From Phaeosaccion multiseriatum (taxonomy: Eukaryota > Protista > Ochrophyta, other classes): a stretch of 64,000 bases of DNA. Position numbers and translations under genes: made by a program. How positions within the stretch are numbered: the first letter of the stretch is position 1; every line of letters starts with the position of its first letter. Below, one piece after another: positions 25,601 to 36,941 of this stretch. The notes under the pieces are model-generated. The model made no database searches. It was not told the origin of the DNA and saw only the letters and a list, made by a program, of their open reading frames with translations. The DNA lies in assembly GCA_965112735.1 (NCBI GenBank), contig OZ218952.1, forward strand, positions 4,216,001-4,280,000, given 5' to 3'.

Positions 25601-28600
25601 CTTCCTTCTCTCCTTCTTTCCTTCTTTCCTCGTTTCTTCCTTCCTTCTTACCTTCCTTCCTTTCTTTCTTCCTTCGTTGGATCTCCGCAGGCTCATTACT
25701 CAGACCAGCGCCTAGTGCATCGTTACATGGATTTTGCCGCCTTTTTGAAGCAATGGGACCCCCGCCAGCAGGAGCAGCAGGAGCAGCAGGAGCAGGAGCA
25801 GAAACAGGAGAAGGAGCAGCAGCAGGAGGAGGAGGAGAAGGAGGAGGAGCACCAGCAGCAGCAGCAGCGCCGGGGGGGAGAGGAGGAGAAGGGGCGGCAG
25901 GGGCCCGTGGTATCTTTCATAACGAGGTAGGGAGGACGTCTCCGAATCGTCACGGCAGACAAGAGGAGGGGGGGCGGGTACGTTGCTTTTCGAGAGGGGC
26001 CCCGGTTATGTGACCCCCCTACCCTCATCATTCTGCGGTTGCCGTCCTCTCGGCGTCTGCATGCGTGCGTACGTGCGTGCGTGGGTGCGTGCGTGAGTAC
26101 GTGCCTGCGTGTGTGTATGTCGCTCCTGTCTCTCTCTTGTGTATGTATGGACATGTCTTTGATCCATCGATCGCTTCTCTGTCCATTCCTCTGCCTTCCC
26201 TCCGTACATCATGCCCCTGATCTATGATCACCAACACGACGGCTTGTCAGGGACCCCTCCGCACGGCGCCACATTCTCAACCACGGAGACCTCGTCGCCG
26301 CCTCCCGAGGCCTTGTCACATGCGATGCATGCAAAGTAGAAGAGGAGGAGGAGGATGGCAGTGGAAGAAGAAGCGGTAGAAGCGACCCTATGGAGGAGGG
26401 TACACAATCCACGGGTAGTCCAACCCCGGAGGGTCCGTTCCCGGGGGGAAGGCTGGTTCGTGTGGAGGAGATCGAGTTGGAGCGATTGTCGTGGAGTGAG
26501 CAGAAGAAAGCGCTCTGGAGGACGGGTGCGTGCGTCATGGTCACAAACAGAGAGGGAAGCGAATGGCAGTGGATGGATATGTGACTTGAGAATCTTGAAC
26601 TGAACCTGAAGCGGAAACAAACCCCCCTCAAACCCTCAATCCTTCTCCGTTATTCTCCGACCATCTGCCTCTTGCTGACTTACTGTCCGTCGGGATGATG
26701 GCAACCCCAATCAATGCCCTTGGGTGTATGATTGTGTGTCGTGCGTGCGTTCGTGTTTATGCGTTTGTGCGTGTGTGTGCGTGTGCGTGTGTGTTATAGA
26801 TGTGCTGGTGGGCTCGTATGGCACGGGCCTGCACAACGTCCCCTTCATGCGACCGGGCACTGCGGTACGTTACGTAAGGAAGCGGTAGGTCCAGGGGGGG
26901 CGGGGGGGGAGGGCACGCACATACATATATACACAGAGAAACAGGCAGGCAGGTAGACAGGCACACACATACACACACACACGCAGGCACCTCGCTCGAC
27001 TGTCTGAATGACTGACTGACTGACTGATTGACGGACACGTTTTTCTTGACTGACTGCCGAACTGACTGACCAACCAACTGCCTGATTGAGTAACCGACCG
27101 ACTGACTGACTGACTGACTGACTGACTGACTGACTGACTGACTGACTGACTGACTGACTGACTGACTGACTGACTGACTGTTTGTGTTGCAAAGGTGATT
27201 GTGCTCATGCCACCGGATTGGTGCCCCTTTCTCTGGCACATGGCGAACCAGGTGAGGTTATGGTCGTGACCTCGATATATCCACATCGAACACATCGATA
27301 TCGAGAGAAGACAGGAGGACAGAGACAGGTTTTGTAGCGCCAGTCAAGGCAGCAGCAGGAGGCAGAGGGAGAGGGGGGGCAGACGCTTTGCGCCGCCCCG
27401 CTCGCCCTCTCCGCTCACTCCTTGCTCTCTCTGCCTGCCTCTCCCTCCCCTCACCCCGTGCTCTCTCTGGCCTAATTGCTCTCCTCTCACCTCTTGTTCT
27501 TGTCTCGGGCGGCGTTGCCAGGCCATCGCCAGCGGTCTCCGAGTCTACGCAGTCTGTCAGGAAGCTCGCCCTCCCGACACTACTCGGAGGTGAGTCAGTA
27601 AGTCAGAGAAGTCAGTAAGGAGGAGGAGGGGGGGGGGAGGACTGAGAAGCAGAACGTACGAGTTACGAGTGGATAAGGCAGGGGCGCGGGGGGGAGGACT
27701 GAGAAGGAGAACCCACGGGGTTGAGTGTGGCCACTTCCTTCGCTCAGATAAGCACCCTTTCTGTTCCGCCAGTTTCAGTTGAAGTGTATAGAACCTTTTC
27801 CATCACGTTATACTGCCATCGATCTGTCTACTCGTCGCCCATGCGGCTCTCTCTCCACCCTCCCAGGGCATTGTCACAAGAGTAAATATAGCACTACACC
27901 CAACCACATCTCTCGAGGCTCAGTGCGTGCGCCCCCCTCCAAACCCCCGCCCCTCCTCCTCCTCCTCCTTCCGGCCTCCTTCCCCTCTCCCCTGACGTAC
28001 TGCGCCACTGCATTCATCGATTTCATTCACAGATGGCACCGCTTCCACTGGAGTGCTCGAGGGTGGCTTCAAGCCCCCTGGTACTCCCGCTATGAGTCCT
28101 TCAGCGTGCCTGTGGGCGATTTCGAATCTCTCCTACGGCAGGCGCTGTTGACCGCCGCTTGGAGTGGCGATAGGAACAGCATCGGCAGTGAGAGACAGGG
28201 TAGCAGCGGCAGCGATAGGTACATCAGCACGAGCTGCAACAGTAGCAGCAAAAGCAGCAGTGGCAGCAGCGGTGGTAGTGGTGGTGATGGTGGTAGTGGC
28301 AGTAGTGGTGATGGCACGCACAACAACTGCAGAGCGGGATCGGGGTTGCTGAGAGGAGGCGGAGGAGAAGGAGGAGGAGGAGGAGGAGGAGGAGGAGGAG
28401 GAGGAGGAGTGCAGACGGAGACACACTGGAGATACGACGCTCTCCTGTCTGAGCCCGTGCCCTGGGCTTCACCCATCTCCGTGTGGGTGCACATCGGAGA
28501 CCTGACTGTGCAGAGCATGGAGACTGAGAGCAGCACCAGTAGCAGTAGCACCAGCACCAGTACCAGTGGTAGTGGTGGCAGTAGTAGGAGTAGTAGTAGT

Positions 28601-31600
28601 AGTAGTAGTAGTGGTAGCAGCAGCAGTAGCAGTACTGATGGCAGCAGCAGTATCAGTAGTGACGAAGGGTCATCATCGTCACTCCTGCGCCTCTCTGCCA
28701 CGCTGGAGGTGGTGATGAACGAGGCCCCGGAAACCGTGCTGGCGGACTTCCCCCTCCAAATCTGCCTACAAGTGGCCTTCTCCGGAGGCGGGGAGTCCTC
28801 CGGTAAGCTCTGCGTACAACCCCACGATCTCAATGAGATGGGTACGGTCTTTGTACGCATCAAGAAGGATGCTCTGCTGCAGGAGGAGGAGGAGGAGGAG
28901 GAGGAGGGCGGGGAGGAGAAAGGAGGGAAGGGGCGGCGACTACTGACGCTGATGGCGTGGATGGAGCATGTGCAGACGCAGAGCCGAGTCGTGGGCTCGG
29001 AAACCTTCTTCCCCATCGTCAAGTTGCTGCAGAATGATCAAGATGAAGATAGAGAGGAGGAGGAAGCGAAGGGCGGCAATGGTGGCAGTGATGGGGAGAG
29101 CTGCGATGATGGGTGGTGCAGAAAGAGCAATAGCAATAGCACTAGTAGCAACGGTAACAGTGGTGGAAAAGGGGGTAACTGGAATGTCAGGGAGTACCTC
29201 CACCCAAGGCTTTGGAGAGAGGCGTCAGCAGAAGGAGGACGAGGAGGGCGTGAGCCGGGCTCCGTTGCGATTCAGGTGAGGCACTACTGGCGCTGCCTCC
29301 TCCTCCTTGTTCTTCTTCTTCTTTTTCTTCTTCTTCTTCTTCTTCTTCTTCTTCTTCTTCTTCTTCTTCTTCTTCTTCTTCTTCTTCTTCTTCTTCTTCT
29401 TCTTCTTCTTCTTCTTCTTCTTCTTCTTCTTCTATACGAAATGTAAGTTGTATCGCAATCGTCGCCAACCTACCAACCCACAACCAACATGCCCATATTT
29501 CTCACACATCAGGTACAAATGCAGAATGGCACCACCGCGAGCGAAGTCATGGACCTTTCGCAACCCCTCTCGCCGCAGCAAGGCGTTGCAAAGCTTTGTC
29601 GCCGCATCGCTGCCTCCCCCGACCTGTGCGCCGAGATCTCCCACAAGGCTCACAGGCTGGCAGAGACGGATCTCCTTGCTGCTCGCCTGGGGCTGCCTGC
29701 CGTGCAAGTGGTGCCGGAGCCGGACAAGCCTTTTGTGTTTTTGCATCTTGAAAAGTGCGGTGGCACTAGTCTGCGGCACGTGATGGTGGAGGGAGCCATG
29801 ACGAGTGACAGAGAGTGAGTCGGTCGGAGTGGGAGTGGATGAGAGTGAGTGAGTGAGTGAGTGAGTGAGTGGGAGTAAATGGAGTGAGTGATTGAGTGAG
29901 TAGGTGAAGTGGGTGGGTTAGTGAATGAGTGAGTGAGTGAGTGAGTGGGTGGGTGGGTGAGTGAGCGGATGAAGTGGGTGAAATGAGGGGGGTGGGACAA
30001 GTTTGCGGAATGTGATGGTGGAGGAAGTCATGGCGAGTCGGAGAGATTGAGTGGGAAGTGAGTGGGAATGGAGTGAGTGAGTGAGTGAGTGAGTGAGTGA
30101 GTGGGTGAGTGAGTGAGGGAGGGAGGGAGGTGGATTGGGTGGAGTGGGGGTGGGAGTGGGAGTGAGTAAAGTGAGGAAAGTGGGTGAAGTGGGGTGGAGT
30201 GGGGTGGAGTGGGAGTGGGAGAGGGAGTGGGAGTCGGAGAGGGAGTGAATGGAAAAAGCGGAGTGGGTGGAGTGGGAGTGAGTGAGTGAGTGAGTGAGGG
30301 AGGGAGGGAGGGAGGTGGAATGGGTGGAGTGGAAGTGGGAGTGAGTGGGTGAGTGAGTGAGTGAGTGAGTGAGGGAGGGAGGTGGACTGTGTGGAGTGGA
30401 AGTGGGAGTGGGAGTCTGAGGGAGTAGAGAGGGTGAAGTGGGGTGGAGTGGGAGTGAGTTGAATGGTTGGAATGGGTGGAGTGGGAATGGGAGTCGGAAC
30501 GGGAGTGGATAGGTGGGGAGGGAACGGGAGAAAGTGAGGTGAGGGGACGAGGAAGGAGGGAAAGGAGGGAATGCCGGAGGGGCGTTTACCTCCCCTCTCC
30601 TACGTGAACCCAGTAATTTCACTTCCTGCTGCTCTTCTTTCCCACTCTCTCACTTCTCTTCCCCAACTCCCTCACACACGCGCGCTCACACACACACACA
30701 CACACATGCACGCACACACCCCAGGTTCTTCGTGCCGTGCTACATCCCCGGGGTGGAGGCAGGAAGTTTCATCTTCTCTCCCCGCACGGAGCACTGCGCC
30801 TTGTTCGACCTCTCGTCCGCAGCCTTGGCAGGGGGGATGGGGATGGGCGAAGGAGGGGTGGAAGGGGGGGCAGAAGGGGGAGCAATGGGGAGGGCAGAGC
30901 GCGTAGAGCGGCGTTTGGAGCGGCTCGCAGTGGTAGCAATGCACCATGCCAGAGGTGAGTAAGCTTCTGGTCTATCACCAACTGCTACTGCTACTTCTGC
31001 TGCTGCTGCTACTGCATCACCAACTGCTACTGCTGCTGCTGCGGTATCACCAACTGCTACTGCTGTTGCTACTGCTGCTGCTGCTGCTGTCGTTTTCCCG
31101 TTCCCAATGACGCTTAGGCTGGGACGTGTGGCGTGAGCTCCCCTCTATGCGACGCGAACAAGACATGTCGTGCTTTGTGATGCTTCGCGACCCCACAGAT
31201 CGGGTCATCAGCTTGTACTATGAGGTGAGTCAGGGAGGAAGGGAGGAAGGAGCTCGTCAAATGGTGAGCAAGCAAGCAAAGCGAGGGAGTCGAGCAGAGT
31301 CGAGCAGAGCAGCGACCGCCCACCTTGCTCACTGTATTGCTTCGTGCAAACGAACTCCTTCCTAACTCCTTCATCTCTCTCTAACTTCTTATTCTCTCTC
31401 TCCCTGGTCTGGTGTGGTGTGGTATGGTGTGGTGTGGTTTATCACCAACTGGTGTGGTGTGGATGGTGGTGGATGGACACGTGTGGTGGATGGACGTAAT
31501 GTGCATCGATGCGGTTGCTCTGGATCCGCATGGGCAGAGGCTGGCGGCCCGCACCGGAAAGGTACGCAACCGCACCGACCTCTCCACTTGGTGAAGAGGG

Positions 31601-33911
31601 AGGAAGGGAAGGAAAGACGGGGAGAGAGAGAGGACAGAGGGGCAGGGAGGGAGATATAGCAGAGATAGACGGAGAAAGAGAAAGAGACAGATGTATAGAA
31701 AGAAAGAGAGAGAAGGGAGCGAGAACAGATAAGGAAGAGAAGAGAGAGAGGAGAGACGGAATGGGAGAGAGAGAGAGAGGGGGACAAGGGCCGCTATCGG
31801 TTGGGACAAGGGCCGCTATCGCTATCGGCAGTAGGAAAGAAAGGTTCTGATCACAATCCCCCTGAGAAGATGAAGCAAGTCGGTCCGCTCTTCTCTGAGG
31901 CGCGGGCTTGACCCAACCAATTGGTGGTTGCTGCTTTGCCTCCCCCCCCCCCCCCCCCCTTACCCCCTGGCACTCCCTCCCCTCTCTATACCTTTCCTTT
32001 CTGGTGCCATTTGGTGCCGCCCCGCAGCCCCTCTCTGCCCTGAGCCCCAGCGAGCTGCGGAGAGTCCTTGAGGTGAGGGAGGAGGGGACGCGCGTGGTGT
32101 GGGCGCGTGTGGTGGGGGCGCATATGCTGTGGGCGCGTGTGAGACGAGATCCTCCCCCCTTGCCCCCTCTACCTGCCTCTCTGCCTGTTTGTTTGCTGGC
32201 CTGTCTGCCAGCTTGCCTGCCTGCCTGCCTGCCTGCCTGTCAGCCTGCCTACCTGCCTACCTGCCTACGTGGCTGCCCCTTGATGAATCTGCTCATCTGT
32301 GGCTGTTGATCTCATTCCATGTCTCAGACCTCTGTGTATTGCACTCCCTCCCCTCTCTCTCCTTCCTTCCCCAAAGGACGGGTACTCCGTGTACGAAGGC
32401 ACTTATATAGACGATGGAGTGATCGACGCGGGCTGCAAGGTAAGTAAGCAGAATTGGGGGGGGGCACAACCACCCATACTCCACACCGACGCTTAGCCTC
32501 CTTCTCCTCCTCTTACTACTCCTCCTCCTCCTCCTCCTCCTCCTCCTCCTCCTCCTCCTCCTCCTCCTCCTCCTTCTCCTCCTCCTCCTCCTCCTCCTCC
32601 TCCTCCTCCTCCTCCTCCTCCTCCTCCTCCTCCTACCTCCTGCTCAGATGATGTGCGGTGCCAAGACGCACACTGGCCGTAAGGTAAGCAGCGAAGTGGC
32701 TCCAGTGCCGTACAGTCTTGAGTTGGCGGGCGAGAGACTCAACCGTTGTGTGGTGGGGGTGCTACACGACTATGAGGTAAGGGTGCGTAAGGTCACGTAG
32801 GGAGTGCGCTGATTTGTGGTTGTTGTCATCTTCTTCGTGGCGAGTTTCCGAATCGACGTCTCTCGACTGGACTGGACTCGACTCTACTCCATTCTGCTCT
32901 GGGACTCTACTACTATACTAGACTAGACTCCTCTCTACTCTGCTCTGCCCTGCTCTGTTCTACTCTGACTCCGTATCACCAACTGCTCTCCTGTGCTGTG
33001 CTGTGCTCTGCTGTGCTTCGCTTTGCTCTACACTACTCTACTCCACTGTACTCTACTCTACTCTCTTCTCTCGACTCGACTCGACTCGCCTCTGCACTAC
33101 TCGACTCCTCTCTACTCGACTCACCGCCCCTCACCGCCCCTCACTCCTCTCTCCTCTCCTCTCCTTATCTGTACTCGATATTACTCCTCTCTCTGTGCTC
33201 TACTCTACACAACTCGACTCCACTCTCTTTCTGCTCTACTCATCTCTACTCTACCCTACGCTACTCTACTCTACTCCACCATTCCTCTCTACTCACTCTA
33301 CTCGACTCGACTCGACGTAAACGCGAGAGAGCAGACCACACGTCAGATGCTGCACTACTTCTTCCCGTGGATCCCTGGCCCGAGTATAGAGGCGCCGGAC
33401 CGTGTGATTCACAAAGGGGCCGCGGGGCAGGAGAAGGCACGAGACCTCTCGGCCGAGCAGCGGCAGGTGAGAGGGGAGGGGCGGGGAGGGGCGAGTAGGG
33501 GAGGGGAGAGGGGGGTACAACGACATGCACTCATGTCATAATACACAGGCACAGATCGATTGATACACAAGAGGAGGAGGGGGAGGGGAGGGGGGTCGTG
33601 AGGGTGTCATGAGAGGGGCACGCGTAGTGGCGTTGCTGTGCAGCTGTGGATGGAGCCGTGTAGTGTTTGGCTGAGGCCTTTCACTGCCTTCTTGGCCTTC
33701 TTGCCGCTTTCACTTGCTTTGCATGCTTGAGAACTTACGCCTCACCGTCCTCGACCCCCCCCCCTCCCTTTCTCACTTGTCTCGTCTGTCTTGTTTGTCT
33801 TTGTGGTGTAAGGTGATCGCTGAGCTGAATATTTGCGATGAGGGGCTGTACGAGCTCGGCTTGCGTCGATTCGAAGCCCAGAAGAGGGTGTTGAGCCTCT
33901 CACTGCTCTAA
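22614..33911 (+). CDS. GT61-family glycosyltransferase fused to a PAPS-dependent (Golgi-type) sulfotransferase; 19 exons, about 1467 aa
   Basis: Exons 22614-23563, 23876-23921, 24251-24424, 25032-25190, 25691-25926, 26251-26525, 26800-26864, 27195-27251, 27522-27589, 28033-29275, 29513-29814, 30725-30954, 31118-31224, 31538-31561, 32028-32072, 32377-32439, 32648-32776, 33335-33466 and 33813-33911 are all GT-AG and phase-matched (4404 nt). GT61 motifs: GHLLVD, FITR...RRHILN, DVLVGSYGTGLHNVPFMRPGTAVIVLMP. Sulfotransferase motifs: FVFLHLEKCGGTS, LRDPTDRVISLYY, LNICDEGLY. Confidence 0.8.
27007..27180. repeat. Intronic (GACT)n microsatellite
   Basis: Seen directly in the sequence. Confidence 0.9.
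29811..30530. repeat. Intronic degenerate (GAGT/GGAGT)n array
   Basis: Seen directly; starts at the GTGAGT donor. Confidence 0.85.
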
Positions 33912-33958
33912 AACTCTTTACGTATCTTCTTGATTCAAGTGCGCTTGTATCGACTTGG

Positions 33959-34157
33959 TCGACCCCTGATACACTATCCGCTATCCGCTATCGCCGGCGC
34001 CAGGCGGCGCGCTATCCGCTATCGCCGGCGCAGCCGGCACGCTATCCGCTATCGCCGGCGCCAGCCGGCACGCCGGCGTCAGCCGGCGCGCTATCCGCTA
34101 TCGCCGGGGCCCGATAGCGCGCTATCGAGAATGTGGCGATAGTGTATCAGGGGTCGA
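33959..34157. mobile_element. 199-bp non-autonomous DNA transposon (MITE)
   Basis: Perfect 20-bp TIRs: TCGACCCCTGATACACTATC (33959-33978) and GATAGTGTATCAGGGGTCGA (34138-34157). A 6-bp direct repeat ACTTGG flanks both ends (33953-33958, 34158-34163). Internal repeats of GCTATCCGCTATCGCCGG. Confidence 0.9.
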
Positions 34158-34527
34158 ACTTGGGAGAGAAGCAAAGAAAGTTCCAAAGGACGGAGGAGGT
34201 TAAGTTTTAGGTTCAGTGATTGGGGAGGCCTTTCCAGTTTCCAGCAGCAGGCGAGCCGCAGGCGGCGAAGTGTTGTTGGTTAGTTTAGTATATTGTGAAT
34301 GAGTCCGAAATAGTAAGAGGGGAAAAAGAGCAGAGCTGCGGCGGGCAAACTGAAATCGGAAACCCCCCGGGGTTCGTCACTCGCCCTTGGGGTAGAGCAG
34401 AGGCGGAGAAGAGTAGTGAAGACAGTACGATGGAGATCGTTGTGCATGCAAGCACGGTGATGGACAAGTGATTAGGTCTAATTGGCGTGCGTGTGTCGCG
34501 GAGGTTCCGCTCAGAAGACACGTCGAT

Positions 34528-35382
34528 ATGGGCACCACTTCTACAGTAGCAGCAGTACAGTTAAGCAAAGAAGGGGGCGGGCCCGTCGTGGCGGCGAGAG
34601 TGTGCGGGGAGAGAGATGCATTCACAGACCGCTACAGCCAAGGGAGGTCAACGGTGGTGGATCGAAGGAAGAGGACCAACGGCTTTGAAGACATCCCTGT
34701 CCACGAGAGAGAAGACTTTGGGAACGCGTATGAGGAGGCTTGTAAGTGAACGGCCTGTGCAGTAATGCCCTGGAAGCTTTCGGGGGAGAGAGAAAATGCC
34801 CTGAGCTTTCGCCTCCCCCCCCCCTTCCCACGTACACCACCTTTTCTTTTCTATAAGTGCTGTTCTTCTGTCCCCCTTTTTTCCTCCGCTCACCCCTCCC
34901 TGTACACAGCTTCACTCCCTTCGGCCTCCCCATTTTTGACTCCACCTCCCTCTTTTTGTCCCCTTTGCACACTCACAAACGCCCATGCCCACCCCCTTTC
35001 ACCAACCCTCTTCCCACACACATGCTTGATTATTCCAACACAACCAACAATACTCCCAGACGAGTTTTGCCGCAAGAATTTCCAAGGCAAGGCCAAGATG
35101 GGGCGGGACGATGCCAAACACGGTCGAGGAGAGTACCCATCCGCCGCGGCCTTCAAGCGTAAGCCTCCCGCAGCGCTGAGGGAGTACAGCAAGTGGACCC
35201 CGCACGAAAAGCAGAGCTACACAGAAGCCTACGCCGGCTACGGTAAGCACCTGGGCCTGGGGAGCAGGGGCGCGCGTGCCGCGAAGGGCATCTGCCTCAC
35301 GACGGGCACGGCGGCGGCGAAGAGATCAGCGCCCGAAGGCATGCCTACGATGCCCAGCATGCCCAATACGTCGTCGCCACCC

Positions 35383-35423
<41 letters not shown>

Positions 35424-36903
35424 GCTTTCCCTGCCCAGCCTTCCTCCCCCTCCCCCCCACACCGTTGGCGGATCTTCACGTGTGCCTAGCAACAGTCGTC
35501 GCAGCGGTAGCAGTTATATCAGTAGCAACAGCAGCAATAGCAGCAGCAGCAGCAATGCCCAAAGTGCTGCAATGGTGTCATCGGGCAGTACTGGTTCCGT
35601 GTATGGTGCTTTCAGCGGCGGCGTGCCAGCAACGTCGGTAGCCGTGGCGGCATCAATGCCAGGGGTCAGTACGAGCCAGGGTGAGATGACCTCGCCCTCA
35701 CGTGGCTACATGGATGCTCTTTTGGCGGCTGCTGGAAACGCTGTGGAAAGAGTAGCGACATCAAGCCGCGGCAGCAACAGCAGCAGCAGTGTTACTCGCG
35801 TCCCAGCCTTTCCTTCTGACGGAAGAGGAGGAAGAGTAGTAGTAGCAGCAGCAGCAGCAGGAGGAGGAGGAGGAGCAGGAGGAGGAGGAGTGTGGAATGG
35901 AAGGGGACCACCAGTACACCCAGAAACTCTACCCGCAGCGAGAGCAGTTGCAGCAGTGCCGTCAGTAGTGCTCGGAGGAGCAGGAGGAGTCGGAGGAAGA
36001 GGAGTAGGGTGGGGAGGGCGTCTGCCAACGGCGTCTGCGGCCCTTGCCGCCCTGTCGCCAGTTCTTGCCGCCCGTACTCCTACTACCTCTACCACTACGG
36101 CGACCAGCAGTCCGATGGCGATGACGACGACGACAACGATGATGATGAAGACAAGGGGCGATCCCTTACCTTCGACTACTGCGCCCCCTCCCTCCTCCTC
36201 CTCCTCCTCCTCCTCCTCCTCCACCACCACTACGGACCCGCTTGATGTCAGGGCCAGGAACGAAGCTCTGTGCCACGCATTTGAGGATCGTAACGTTTGC
36301 GACAGGCAAAAGATGCGAAAGCTTGACACGTTTGACCACATTCCCGGCCCGCAGCGCGCCGTCTACGAAAGTGCTTACGAGAAGGCCTATACGCTCTGGA
36401 CCAGAGAACTCATGGTGCGTTTCCGTTTCCCTGTGTTTGGCTGTGTCAACGTTTCTGTGTTGCCTCCCCCAGACGAGACCGGGGGGAGATGACTGGGGAG
36501 TGTTGTATTTTCTAGAGCAGCTTGATGGTGGTGCGTGTGTTTATGATAGAGTTTGTGCCTATCGAAGTAGCTGTATGGGCATATGGGTAGAGAAATCGTA
36601 GTCCCGTCTGTGAAAGGGGCCTACTATCAAGCTCTCCGCTTGGTATCTGTGTCTGTTGCTTTCACCTCGGTCGGTCGGTCGGTCGGTCAGTCGGTCGGTA
36701 TGTATCGTATTGCGAAAAGGTTTGGTTGTTGTTGCCGTGGATTAGTCAGAAGTCAACTGCAGCAGATCCGCGGCTCTACCACAACCCTTTTTCCGTGTGT
36801 TACCAATCCTGCCCCTGAGTTTGCTCCTTGCTTTCTTCTCTTGACATACACACACACCCACACGCACACCCACACGTGCACCCACCCACACCCACATGCA
36901 CAT

Positions 36904-36941
<38 letters not shown>

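Noticed and set aside
33975-34110. CRISPR-like repeat/spacer appearance
   Set aside because: The spacers are short and similar to each other, the array lies inside TIRs, the context is eukaryotic, and there are no cas genes.
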